A stretch of DNA of 63,073 nucleotides, filler included, from Choristocarpus tenellus KU-1152 (Eukaryota; Protista; Phaeophyceae), in NCBI GenBank assembly GCA_964200185.2. It is 14 parts of 14 records of this genome, joined end to end, with 100 filler letters (N's around TTAATTAATTAA, not from the genome) between each part and the next. Parts side by side here need not be neighbours in the genome. Positions count along the whole stretch, not along the records: positions 11,792 to 15,364 come from CAXNAD020019178.1; positions 15,465 to 18,312 come from CAXNAD020024219.1; positions 18,413 to 21,509 come from CAXNAD020022343.1; positions 21,610 to 25,255 come from CAXNAD020018763.1; positions 25,356 to 31,253 come from CAXNAD020009474.1; 9 more parts are not named here. One strand, written 5' to 3'. Positions 13,245 through 25,620 of this stretch are shown piece after piece (within the stretch, counting starts at the first letter, position 1; each line of letters starts with the position of its first letter). The translations under genes and the position numbers were made by a program. The notes beneath the pieces were generated by a model, which worked only from the letters and a program-made list of their open reading frames with translations, did not search any database and had not been told where the DNA came from.

Positions 13245-15877
13245 GTGAGTTATTATTATTATTATTATTGTTGTTACTATTATTATTAACTTATCATTGT
13301 TATTATTATTATTACTATTATTATTATTAACTTATTATTGTTATTTTTGTTGGGTTAGATGCGACGGTAATCCCTCTACTAATTTTGCTTCATTGGTGTA
13401 TTGTTAAATACAAGTGTCTCTCCTATTATTATTATCAAATTATTGTTAGTTTTCACTTGGTTAGATGCAACAGTTGTTCCTCTAATTTTGTTGTAATGGT
13501 GTATACATGAATATTAATAATAATAATAATACCTGTCCTATTTTTATTATTATTATACTTGGTTGTTCTGTAGCATACTTTTATTTTTATTTTTTACTAT
13601 CGTATACTTAAAATAGGCAGTATATATGGTACCCCTCAGTGTTTTGTTACACAAGAATATTTAAATAAAATTTTATTTCAGTTCCTCTTCGTGTTTTTTT
13701 TTACACCTGTGTTTCAATATTATGATTTTCAAATATATAAAATAAAAATAAAGTGTTGAGAAAGTGAGAATAAAAAAAACTTGAGAAAAATATCAAAAAA
13801 AAATTGTTTATTAAAAATAAAAAATATAAATATAAGTGTATGTTATATATTGCAGTCGGAAAAAAAAGAAGACGAAATAATGTAAAATATTTTGTTTTTT
13901 TGTGTGTGAAGGTTGAAGGATTGATGAAGATGTGTTGAAGTAATTTCTGCCCCCAAGATGTGTTGAAGGAATGTTGGTATGTATCTTGACACAAGTCATG
14001 TGCTGAGCACAATAATAGTCAGAGTTGTACAGCAACCCTAACCCTAATGTTGTTGAGGAACGATTTACTAATCCGGATTTGTCAACGTATCCATCTGATT
14101 TGTAGGTATCACTTATCATTTTTTGTCAGCATGTATGTGTATTGATGTTCTGTCCCTAGGTCATGTTCGCATGCAGACCTTACGCCTTGTTACTCTCTAG
14201 GAAACAATCTAACAAAATTTGTGTACTGAATCTCAAATCTCACCTACTTACACCATATACTGATACCCTTATGCTGATTCCCTTCTGTAACTATTTTGTA
14301 CATTATTATTATTATTATTATTCATGATTATAGGAGCATGAATAATGTCAATGTTACCGTTTCAATGTTGATTTCAATGTTGATCTCAATGTTGATGTTT
14401 ATGTTACTTCCCCCCTCCTTTCAAACGGGCCCGTTGGGATAGCCACAGTAGTGTACTATTAGTGTCAGGTACTATTAGTGTCATGTACTAAGTCAAACGA
14501 CCCCTCCCCGGTGTGTTATGTCCCCATGTCCCCTCCCCTCCCCTTTAACTTCTATAACCTGTCGGGGGTCTCCCTTTAACTTTTGTAGAGTTTTTTTTTT
14601 TAACGTACCAATATGCCAATGGCCATTGCTGGCATAGTGGTTATTGATATCACACAGCCCCCCCCCCCCCCCCCCCCCCTCTCGAAACACAAGCCAAAAG
14701 GTCTGTGGGTAATATTTTTTGATTTTGAACCCCCCCCCCTCAATCCAATCAATACTTATACTTACTACTGCTTGTGAGTACATGGTGTGTGTGTGTGAAT
14801 TTTCTCAGCGTCTCATATTTTTTTGGAATATGTAGATGTTTTCACAACTGTGTAGCAGTGATGGGGATGTACCAAGAGTTAAATGATCAACTCTTTTTTT
14901 GTGGGATGGTGGAAGGAGGGTGTATCAGTCGGGATTGATGACCAATAGGTGGTCGGTCCATCAATTGATTTTTGTTTCAAAATTTGATTTGTTTGCAGAA
15001 CGTTGTCAAACAGACACACTTTCGTGTGTGTGTGTGTATGTGTGTGTATATATGTAAGAATATCTATACCCACACAAATTTGGGGCAAATCCGTGAAATG
15101 TGACGAACACACCAGCAATGTACTATCGCCCATGTGCTTAATTTTTTGTTTTTGTGTCATTTCCATGGTAGTGTTTGTGTCTATTGTATTGTATTGTATT
15201 GAGGTGCCTATGCAATCTCTGTGTTTTTATTTCCAGAGGAAGTTAGTTTGTCCATACATCACACCTCACTTGTATCACACCTTACCTCGTAGCGCCCGGC
15301 TATTGGTCGGGCGCTTTGTTCTCCGTGTAGCATTGGTTTCCAAAGTGATTCAGTGGGGAAGGGGNNNNNNNNNNNNNNNNNNNNNNNNNNNNNNNNNNNN
15401 NNNNNNNNTTAATTAATTAANNNNNNNNNNNNNNNNNNNNNNNNNNNNNNNNNNNNNNNNNNNNAACTTTAAACTTGTTGAGGTCCATAGGTTCTTGTAG
15501 GGGGGGGGGGGTGTTTAGATCACGTCGTCCGTTCGAGGCATGACGAGGTGTTGTGTACTAAAAACCCCAGTTTGATGCCCCGTTTCGCGAGTGATTCTCA
15601 TTCAGACTTGGTACAGGCAGGGGGGATGAAAAATGAAGGTGCGTCCAGATGGAGAAAATTGTAGTTACATCTGAAATGTTAAGTCAGATGACAACAAAAT
15701 CACTACAGGGTCACAAGGGCCTGAATGGATACCTGATCCCCTATCTAGGATACAATAGAGCTTGATATTGTCCTAGAATTTATTGCCATTGACTGTGGAC
15801 TTCATATGGATCTATCATTCTTTGCTCGGTCTCTGTGTTGGTATGCCGACTCACAGTCTTTATCTTCCTGGTGGCAG

Positions 15878-15985
15878 GGCCCTGGCAGTGGGAACATCAC
15901 TATTGCCGCTGACAGTAACGTAGCCATTGGGGGTCTCACTCCAATAACTGGGACCACAGAGGAGGAGTACTGCTCCAACCGAGGA
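15878..15985 (+). CDS. EGF-like (tenascin-type) domain protein, exon
   Basis: cag|GGC...GGA|gtgagt encodes GPGSGNITIAADSNVAIGGLTPITGTTEEEYCSNRG; CSNRG starts an EGF-like module. Confidence 0.8.
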
Positions 15986-16011
15986 GTGAGTCTTGCTCAA
16001 TATCAGCTATA

Positions 16012-16188
16012 GTGTTCATTAGCAAGTGTCGATATCCTTGCTCCGGGCACACCTTTCATAGTCATACATATTTTAGGTACTACTGTGTTCACACAAAAAA
16101 CCGAAAAAAGGCATAAAAAACCTGTGGGAAGCCAAGCCCCGAACAGACAAACAGGGCAAAACTCCTACCCTCTTAAATGCTTTGGGTT
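16012..16188 (+). mobile_element. MITE family A, degraded 3' two-thirds, intronic
   Basis: gtgtcgatatccttgctccgggcacacctttcata...gggaagccaagcccc...acagggcaaaactcctaccctctta. Confidence 0.75.
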
Positions 16189-16615
16189 AGCTACAGAGTA
16201 TATGTGAAATAAAGTCCAAACTATCACCTCAGATATCTCATCGCCTTATATTTTGTATTGACCCAACAAGTATTCCAAATTGCTTAACTTTTGACAGAGG
16301 AGTCCATACCACCTATGATACTTCCAAGTACTCCAGACTATAACGCTGACAAGTGGATATTCTAAGAATTTATATAGACATTTGCCTAAATATCGTACTC
16401 TCAACTATTTATATATTTCTACGGTTGAACCTCAGGCAATGTCACTCCACCAGTAGTCATTATCTGCTTTGGATAGAATTGGCAATTACAGAAGCATATC
16501 TCTTTGTACCCACATTTGAATCCAGAAGTGTGCAGGTCAGGTGATCCACCATTGTCAATTCTCCATTCCAATGATGAACTACTTTCTCACATAGTCTGTG
16601 CATATCTATTCCTAG

Positions 16616-16731
16616 CTGTGCGATCGCAGCATAGGTGAATGTACCTGCTTCCAGGGCTGGTCAAGCAGCAATGGAGCTGGAGAAATTGGTGACCGTGATG
16701 ATTGTGGTTTTCGAGTACCAATGACAGGCAG
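16616..16731 (+). CDS. EGF-like domain protein, next exon
   Basis: ctag|CTG...GCAG|gtgggt encodes LCDRSIGECTCFQGWSSSNGAGEIGDRDDCGFRVPMTG, completing CSNRG-LCD-CxC-DC in phase. Confidence 0.8.
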
Positions 16732-18112
16732 GTGGGTAAAAAAAGTGTTTTTCAACACTGCCGGGGTACTCACTTTATTATGTTCAGTCTTGTCCTGGAC
16801 CATAAATAGGGATTGGTTTCGGTCTTTCACACACAGTTTGAGACCTGAAGTAACTGAGAGGTACCCAGGGTTGCATTTTAAGGATGCTGACAAATGTGCA
16901 AATTCGACTCTGCTACGAATGCATATAGGGACTTTACTGGATTCTGTCAAAAAATTTCAGACAATAGAGAATCAATGCTCTCAACTCAATCCTTGCACTT
17001 CATCCATAGAAGTTGGGTGAATTAAAAAGATAAAAATGTGGAACAGAAAAAAAGACAACCATAACCTGGGTACCTCTCGTTTTTCTTTGGCTCTTAAAAA
17101 GAACTGAAATTCCTGCAGACAGGAAAATCCTTACCACATAATTGCTTTTTGCTGCATGACCAAAATGCGGGCACCCTAGGCCTGGCTCCTAAGGGGTAGG
17201 GTTGAGGGTTAAGACATGAGGCCCTCCTATATGGTTGTTGAGCGTGTTACAGTTGGAAGGTGGTTTTCATTTTTGTAATGCATTTGGGAATGTGTGATGC
17301 AACTTATGCACTTGAGAGGTTCATGGGTATGAAGAGGTAGGCTTTTTTGTGCTGGTTTGATGTTGCACCGAAATCAGGAAATATTGCCTAAGGATTTCTC
17401 CTCTCTGGTGGGGAAAACACCTACTGGGGGCATATTCACAATCGGGGGACGCCAACCCACTTTGCAACCAAATTCAAACATGGGCGTGCAATGAGTCAAA
17501 AGGCAAACACAGCTCCAAGTTTCTTGCAAGATCTTATCTTCTACCTAGAGCTAGCTGTACTGGAAAATTCTGGTGATGCCTGTACTTCAAATTACACTAC
17601 AACTCAAAACATGTCCTCAAGTGATGTTTATTTGAAGTGTTGAATGACATTTCTTCTTTTTCTACTACAAAGCATAAGTGTATTTATTGTTTGCGTGTCT
17701 CCCTTATCTTACAGACACAAGTTAGATACTATAGTTGGGTATGAACAATTGAAGCGGGACTGACAATAACAATGATACTAGCATTATCCCCAGTAACCAT
17801 TTTGACATTTCATTTCTCCCATATTGCATATATGCCCCTTCCTGGCTTCCTCATGTTACCAAGTCTTCGAGGTTCACACTTGTGGCATGGATCATCACCA
17901 GTAGGTCCTCAACATGTTGGAATGGGTATAAGAAGTGCAAGAAGAGTGGGGCATCCAGCCCACACCAAGAATTATCGGTGAGTGCATCCATAGGTAGCAC
18001 TTGAGAGTGACTCTTTCTAATCGCTGCAATAGGCCTACAAGCAGAAAAAGAAGATGTTATAGCAACACACCACAATATGTTACTGTGCTTACCTTCTTTC
18101 ATTTTGCTTTAT

Positions 18113-18312
18113 GGATCGAAGTATCTGGGGGGGGAGTGCCGGAGTCCGTTTTTGTCCCTGGCTCAAAGTATCTGGAAGGGGAGGCGGCTGTCTATTTGGA
18201 GCCAACTTTTTCTTGTCACAATATTTGGGTGATTTGGTTCCATACGCTGGATGGATCGTGAAAGTGCATTTTTCCTGGTGTTGGTCCAAATGGACACTCT
18301 GGTATAGACCCC
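18113..18312 (-). mobile_element. MITE family B (18160-18312) abutting or nested in a family C end (18113-18159); truncated by contig end
   Basis: ggatcgaagtatctggggggggagtgccggagtccgttttt matches the start of the 50627 copy; it is followed by ggctcaaagtatctgg... (family B reversed). Confidence 0.8.
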
Positions 18313-18545
18313 NNNNNNNNNNNNNNNNNNNNNNNNNNNNNNNNNNNNNNNNNNNNTTAATTAATTAANNNNNNNNNNNNNNNNNNNNNNNNNNNNNNNN
18401 NNNNNNNNNNNNCCCCCCAAAAGCACTACCCCTAAAAAGTCTCCCATATATCTCCACCCCACACTACTCTCGCAGTCCATCCTCCATCCATTCCCATCAT
18501 ACAAGGGACTAGCCATAGACAGATCCTGTGCGGTCACCCGCTTGC

Positions 18546-18665
18546 CTGCGAAATATTGATGAAGGACCCCTTTGACCCCGCGTCAGCCATGGCTTTCACA
18601 GCATTTCGCTCATTCAAGCTAACCTGTGCCGAAGTACCGGACTCGTCCCGTGCCGTGTTCAGCAC
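18546..18665 (-). CDS. RPB1: RNA polymerase II largest subunit, exon
   Basis: [40 protein letters not shown] (GSKGS-INISQ motif); acceptor tgcag, apparent donor gcaagc. Confidence 0.93.
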
Positions 18666-18802
18666 CTGCATTCAACACAACAACACACAAGCAAACAAAT
18701 ATATATATATATTTTTTCTTATTCCATGCATGTCACATGTCAAACTATCACAACCGAAACAAATAAGCAAAAAACAAAAACAAAAATCAACCCTGATCTG
18801 AA

Positions 18803-18833
<31 letters not shown>

Positions 18834-19209
18834 TTTTTTTTTTTTTTTTTTAGTCCCCCCCCCACCCACAAGGAAAACCAGCACANNNNNNNNNNCCCCC
18901 CCGACCAAGTTGCTTCTGTTTTATCTTCTTTTTTGAAGGTCCCATTACATCACGGTAGTACTCACAGGAAAAAACCTAACAAAAAAGAGGAAAGGGAGCA
19001 ACGACAACATTCAGCAGTCTAGAGGACATACCATTTGTACCTCAGCACAATCATTTCCCACCTTGCATGGTTCTCATTGATAGTAGCACAACAAGGTAGA
19101 GGTTTAGGCACAGAGTCTCATCACAGAGAGAGTCTCACTAATACCCGTAAAGACCTGATTGGGGCCGGTATAATGCGCTATACCCTGCTGCCTTCAATCT
19201 ACCTCCCAC

Positions 19210-19306
19210 CTTGTTGATGCTGGCCTCAAGACTCTCCATCATGCTCTTGCCTGGTTGCATTGTGAGCTCACCCTTCTGGCCCTGTTCCACCAACGACTGT
19301 ACATTC
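19210..19306 (-). CDS. RPB1: RNA polymerase II largest subunit, exon
   Basis: NVQSLVEQGQKGELTMQPGKSMMESLEASINK; cag|...|gtggga; phases match neighbouring exons. Confidence 0.92.
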
Positions 19307-19503
19307 CTGTGGAAAAAAATCAAACCGCCATGATGCAAAAACCCAAATATTTTAGAAAACTGACCTCATGGACAAGAAAAAACACCAAACATACACACAC
19401 AGAGAGATGCATCAGGAGGGTACAACCTAAATATCTCCACTCCCTAAAATAACAAACTATTGCAAGTTTGTTTGTTCATTTGTCATACCTGAACTTCACT
19501 CAC

Positions 19504-19622
19504 CTCTTTGCAGTATCAATGATGCCCCCAATGGTCATGATTGTATCCGTGTCTGCCACTGTGTCAGCTACACCAATACTGAACGACGTCACCACTAACC
19601 AATTATTAACCAGCTTTTGTAC
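19504..19622 (-). CDS. RPB1: RNA polymerase II largest subunit, exon
   Basis: VQKLVNNWLVVTSFSIGVADTVADTDTIMTIGGIIDTAKR; cag|...|gtgagt. Confidence 0.93.
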
Positions 19623-19649
19623 CTGAGAAAAATCACAAGGTCGGGGTGG

Positions 19650-19800
19650 GTACACGGTACAAGGTATATGGTACAAGGTATAAGGTACACAGTACAAGGT
19701 ACACAGTACAAGGTATAAGGTACACAATACAAGGTACAAGGTACAAAGTACACGGTACACAGTACAAGGTACACAGTACAAGGTACAAATTACAAGGTAC
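19650..19800. repeat. 7-bp minisatellite (GTACAAG/GTACACA variants) in RPB1 intron
   Basis: About 21 units read directly. Confidence 0.9.
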
Positions 19801-20270
19801 GCGATACACTAACAGGTACTCATTCGTACATAACACACACCGGTCCAAAACGGGGTCGAACATAGTTAGGAGAGACCAGGAATTCCACAAACGCTAACAT
19901 CGACCATTACAATACAACAAAAACCTCACTAATTGAACAACCCTCACTAGTTCAATCTCCGATGATCACACACTCACACACACACACACACATGCAGGGT
20001 TTTTTTTCTTTCCATATCCTTAATAAAAAAAAATATATTGGATATTTTCAGAACTACGGTTCTCATATAGTCAGAAGCCTTCTGCGAACTCCCCAATAGA
20101 ACCCCCGAAGCATTGGATCAACCAATCACAGAGGGATAGTATACTTGGGCACAGGTATAGGGCTGCCTCCCAGGATAATGGGACCATCACCATGCTCACT
20201 GGTGACATTAGAATTGACCTGAACAAAACTAGAAAGTGTTTCTAGTATTAACAGTTTATGTAACTGTAGG

Positions 20271-20305
<35 letters not shown>

Positions 20306-20982
20306 TATGCACACATACACACAGAGACACACATACAGACAAAATACGCTTTTCAGCTCTTTGCAAAACCATTATCTTGGATGGTCAGGACTGGTTTGTG
20401 CTCTTTCAGCACCAATGTAACAAATACTACACACACATACACACCATTTGCACCTAACTCTCTACAAAAATACCTAGGGCAACACCTATTTGAGGAGCTA
20501 TTATTACAACAGTAACAGACAAGTATATACCCATATACACACATACACACATACACTGAATGAACAAGTTCACAAACTGTAAGACACAGGAGGGGGGAAA
20601 GGGGGGGGGGGCAGGGTGGAACATTGGTAAAGGGGGGATTCTACTGTATGCCAAAATCAGTAGGAGGCTACTAATTAGGCATCTCATTCTAACCAAACCA
20701 GGAGTCTGTAAGGCGTAAGGCTCTTGACCAACGTGCACACCTCAGAGTACACACACACACTACATAAAATAAAAAGGCAAAACCTTGTGCTATGGCAGTA
20801 TAAGAGTGTATCATAAATAAAAAAAATGAAAATAAAATATAAATAATAACTATTATAATATATATATATAATACTACTTTCGAAGTCTGCAGGTGCCACT
20901 TTTCAAATGACCTGTCCCACAACAACATGAACCCAGACCCAACCCCCATCCCCCAACAACCAAACACAGTGAAAGAACAGAC

Positions 20983-21114
20983 CAGGTTCATAAAGCGCCT
21001 TGTCACGTCCCATCCCTTTTCCAGCCAGGAGATGTGAATAAGACCCTGGGCGCTGCTACCCACAGTCTTCTTGTCCACAGTGCCCATCAGCAGCTCCCCC
21101 TCATGTACTAACAC
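20983..21114 (-). CDS. RPB1: RNA polymerase II largest subunit, exon
   Basis: VLVHEGELLMGTVDKKTVGSSAQGLIHISWLEKGWDVTRRFMNL; tag|...|gtctgt; joins directly to VQKLVNNWL. Confidence 0.93.
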
Positions 21115-21672
21115 CTATTAAACACACACACACAATGTTTTACTCTGATATTGATACTAATATTGATCCTGATCCTGATATTGACATTGATATTGACACT
21201 GATAATGATACTGATACTGCTATCTTTACAACCACCGTAACATTGATACAATCAATCACTAGAACCCCTACACCACATACAGATCATAAGAGGGTTGTGC
21301 ATTTGTCAGCTGACCTCTTCAACACCAAAGCATGTGTTCCTTCATGAGATTTCACAACATCAGTGGATTGATACCTGAGAGTTGGGGGTTTTCTGGGGAT
21401 CGACTAAGAACAAGAGGGGTTCACAACCACAATGCCCAGTAGCAGGGAGTCACTAAACCTTCCACTATCCCACTCCCCCCCCCCCCCAGATCCAAGAGCT
21501 CCCTCCTCANNNNNNNNNNNNNNNNNNNNNNNNNNNNNNNNNNNNNNNNNNNNTTAATTAATTAANNNNNNNNNNNNNNNNNNNNNNNNNNNNNNNNNNN
21601 NNNNNNNNNTTTTTTGTTTTTTTTTTTTCTGTTGGGGCCCCGCCCCCGCGCCGCCGCGCTCGCGCTCCCCGG

Positions 21673-21726
<54 letters not shown>

Positions 21727-21807
21727 ATGGGTGTCTTCGTCCCCTGACACACTTACGGCCCTGGCTTGATCATGGCCTTCTATCGTTAGAAATGGAGCAG
21801 CGGGCGG

Positions 21808-22195
21808 TGTCACAATGGAGTACCGTAGGGGTCCCGTGTGATGCTCGGTCCTACCCTGACCCTTTTTTGGAGTGGCACAGCTGGTTGGCCCTTACTCGTG
21901 CGTTTAAGTTTCGAGTCACGAGAGCGGCGAGGGTTAGGGTTTGTGCGTTTGTAGTACCTGACTTCTATGTTGTATCTTCCTGACTTTTTGGTTACCGTGT
22001 TCTTGATTAAAGCAGGGGTGTAGACTATTGTACCATGAGTGTGTTTTGTGACTGGGTGCTGAACAGGAAGAGATTCGTGTCGGTATTCATGCAACGCTAA
22101 AACGTGGGAGGCGTGTTGTTCTGAGGGCAGGAAGTGAAGACCTCACTCCCTGTACAGGTTCCCGTCCAGTGCCCTGATTGGCTAAACTTCTGACA
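21808..22195 (+). mobile_element. Possible LTR
   Basis: Segment bounded by inverted TGTCA...TGACA and preceded by a purine-rich run. No TSD and no second copy were found. Confidence 0.25.
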
Positions 22196-24837
22196 ACCAC
22201 CCTGTTTTTGCTCCTCCGATTTTTTCTTTACCTCTCTCTATAAAGATCACGAACAGATGGTGTATTGTGGCAGTAGATTCTTCTTCTCTTGGTGGTATAT
22301 TTTGTGCCTGTGTGACCTACCTGGCCATTGTCCACAAAATAGGCAAGCGACGTACCTGGTTTTGGACTTTTTGAACTTTTTGAACTTTTGGACTACCCTT
22401 GTCATTTTTCGATCGGCACAATCAATCCGTGTGCACTCTAGAACTAACTGCAGAGCAGTTTAAAGTTCGTTGGGAGTAACAATGGGCGTAACGATTTGAA
22501 TACTGTTTAAATACTGTTTCTTCTTAAATATGAAAGATTAGTGATAGTGTAAGGGCTGCTACCAACATCACGTCATCATCTGCAAGGTCAGGCAGGTTAA
22601 ACAACAAATCAGCAATTTTTTTTATCATCATTCAATCACAGCGCTCAACCATATGATGTTACTCTCCGAGTCACTTAAAAATCAACCATTCAGTGACCAC
22701 ATAGACCTGTCACCAACCAACTTTTTCTAGACACGGTTCCTACATGAAGGGGCTAGTACCCTCACTAGACCGGTATTAGTCTCTCAATATTTGTTTGGTT
22801 GTTATTGTAGTACGTAGTAGAGATCACTCAGTTTTATTATTTTTGTGTGATGATGATCATCATCTCGATCTGTTCAAGAACTAGTTGCAATCCCAACCAT
22901 TTTTCTTTTCAATCTACCTACCTCACTCCATTATTTCTGTTATTATTATTATTATTATTATCTCTATTAGTAATAGTGTGAAACAGGTGGAAACAAGCCG
23001 ACAGGCTCTTCGAAATGAAGGGGAGCAGGAAGGCCCACAAAAGGACAGATCAAAGAGAGACAAAGTCAAAGAGGGAGAGCAATCCCTCAGATAGATGTTC
23101 ACTCAGGAAAAGAGTAAACAAATGGGAAAGTGAAGGAGGGAGGTTTGGTAAGGTCACTCAAACCACCCAATCTTACTTCAAGCAGACTTTACCTTCAACA
23201 TGCAAAAACAAATGTCACATGAATATCATGATGTTTTAAGATAGGTCACCTTCAGGGTATGCCTTCTGTGGAAGATGGCTCTCACAGTAGTATTATTGTT
23301 ATTAGTAATAGTATTATTATTTCTTCCATCCTGTTTTATATGGTGACGGACTACCCTGCTAGTATCCGTACTGTTGAAAGGACCAGTCACTTCCAATAAC
23401 AGGGAAATATGATCTGAACTCCACGAAGAGCAACACTCTATTCACACTCTATTCATCCCGATGATGTCGCTCCTCTGCCACCGCAATTAGCCCTATCACC
23501 AATTTTGTATCAATGATTACACATGAACATATTACACACTGAGCACGGTATGCACTCGATAAATCAAGTACATAAATATTCTTCAAAGTACTGCTTTTCC
23601 TCAGCCCCCCTAAGCAAGCAGATTCTCACAAACGGTCCACCTAGAAAGAAGTGTGTGCGGTGCCCCCTACTACATCTTGTGTGTAGAAAATAATATTAAA
23701 TCCTATGCTAATAATGCTAAGTAAAAATTACCCCTAAGTTCTAGCTCGGAGGAGCCGTCATTTATTTGTCTTTGTTGAGATATATTTCGCATAATTATAG
23801 TCAAATGAAAAATAAATAATGGGTGCATTCATCATCGTGCCCCCATTGTTCAATGCCGCATGCACCCAACTCCTCCAAATCAAGGAGGCATAAACTACAA
23901 TCCATCCACAAAAAGCAGTAGCACCAAATGGTCATATCAGCGAGCCTCCTCCTAGATAGCCTTCTCAGCAATCAGCAGTACAGAAAGCTGTTGTGTAATC
24001 GACACTCTGTCTGCCAGTCGCGAGCAAATAGCAGAAGACGGTGTAGTTGTGGTTATCGCAATAGTGAGCCTTGTACTTCAACTATTGTTTTCGTAACTCT
24101 GAGTGAGTCGAAGAAAACGAGGGGTCCCCGTTTTGGGGGCGTTTTTCATTGTAAGTCGGTTTTTCAATTTGGTTGCAATTCAATCATATTTCTATGGATG
24201 AAGTAGTGAGGTCGACGTGAGAGGGTTGATTTCTCTGTTGTTTGATAAGTTTCGACACAACTTCGGAAGTATCCTACATGCATCATTATTTGTAAAAAAT
24301 GCCGAATTTTGCACTTAATTGATGACATATATAATATGTAGTATGCAACCCTATAGGAACCTGTCGTTTACCTTGACTTGGTGTTTTTGGTATGTGTCTC
24401 TTCAGGGGTACACTCTAGATGATATATTGCGCCAGGTGTTGCCAAAATTTGACGATCACACGACTCAGTATAATATGATGAAGGGTTGCAGGCCACTCCC
24501 ACTTCTAGGCAATACAATTTATTCTATGTAGTACTATATTATTGTTGTACTATTATACTCGTGGTGCATATGCCTGGATGGAGCAGTATTGTTTGTGCCA
24601 ACATACCAGTAAAATGTGAACCAGGGGAGGCAGAGTGGTCTGCTGGGAGGATTGGGGGGGTAGTGGATGTGCGAAAATTGATCGCATTGGGTGGTGAGTG
24701 GATATATATGCGGTAATTGGCCGCATAGATAGTTGGTGAGGTAACAAGCATATTGTGGGGACGGTGATCTGGTAGGAATTGTGGTATCACTCGTGCGTGG
24801 AAAGGAGGGATATCGATATAGCGTGTACTATTGCGAT

Positions 24838-25255
24838 GAAGTGTCGCCCAGTTGCCTGTGGATCTTTTTTTAGGAGGGCATGTGCTTCGACTTTCTGCAC
24901 AGACTGGCGCCCCTACCTTGAGGAATTTTTGGGGGGAGTAGGACGATTCGGTGTCGAGGTCCCAAATGGCATTGAACGTGCACTCCTGGATATCCGCCTG
25001 AGGAATGAGTGCGGAGAATGGGTCATCAATCTGGACGGAAGGAATGCTTTCTACAGCGTACGCCGCTCAGCCTTCATCCAGGCCCTCACAGAGACCCTAC
25101 CAGGCCTCCTACCTTACGTTTCCAAGGTATATGGGCATACAAGGAATCTTCTTTTCCCCCTAGATGAAGGAGGGATGAAGATTCTACCATCGAGATCTGG
25201 GGTCCAACAGGGAGACCCACTAGGCCCCCTCTTATATTGCATGGCAACACACAAG
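24838..25255 (+). mobile_element. Non-LTR retrotransposon (CRE-like) reverse transcriptase fragment
   Basis: KCRPVACGSFFRR...G.FGVEVPNGIE...NLDGRNAFYSVRR...SRSGVQQGDPLGPLLYCM; runs into the contig end. Confidence 0.9.
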
Positions 25256-25355
25256 NNNNNNNNNNNNNNNNNNNNNNNNNNNNNNNNNNNNNNNNNNNNT
25301 TAATTAATTAANNNNNNNNNNNNNNNNNNNNNNNNNNNNNNNNNNNNNNNNNNNN

Positions 25356-25620
25356 GGGGGGTACTCATCAACACTGACTCAAGGGTGGGCTGTACAGCCA
25401 AAGCATAAGCAACATGTTGCCTCTCTACACTAGCAACAAGGGACATCACATTACCAACACCTCTACTACCTTCAGCTCTGGTACGAGCTTCCTGTCTAGT
25501 CCTACCCAACTCAATGCTAGGTTCACGGTCTGGATTAGGAAGAAAGTCTTCTAGCTGGCGAGCTGCAGTACGGGCAGCTGTTGAATCAGGAACTGCCTGA
25601 GGCAAGTGCTGTGGACTCGA
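25356..25620 (-). mobile_element. Probable Copia pol fragment (integrase-RT linker)
   Basis: AARQLEDFLPNPDREPSIELGRTRQEAR...ALAV resembles, from recall, the GRTR-containing linker of algal Copia elements; no catalytic motif is visible. Confidence 0.4.

Noticed and set aside
14033-14047. Telomeric CCCTAA repeats
   Set aside because: Only two copies, internal to a contig.
21673-21725. Long poly-G tracts (also 39533-39583) as G-quadruplexes or poly-Pro/Gly ORFs
   Set aside because: They lie near contig ends in low-quality-looking sequence and may be sequencing or assembly artefacts.
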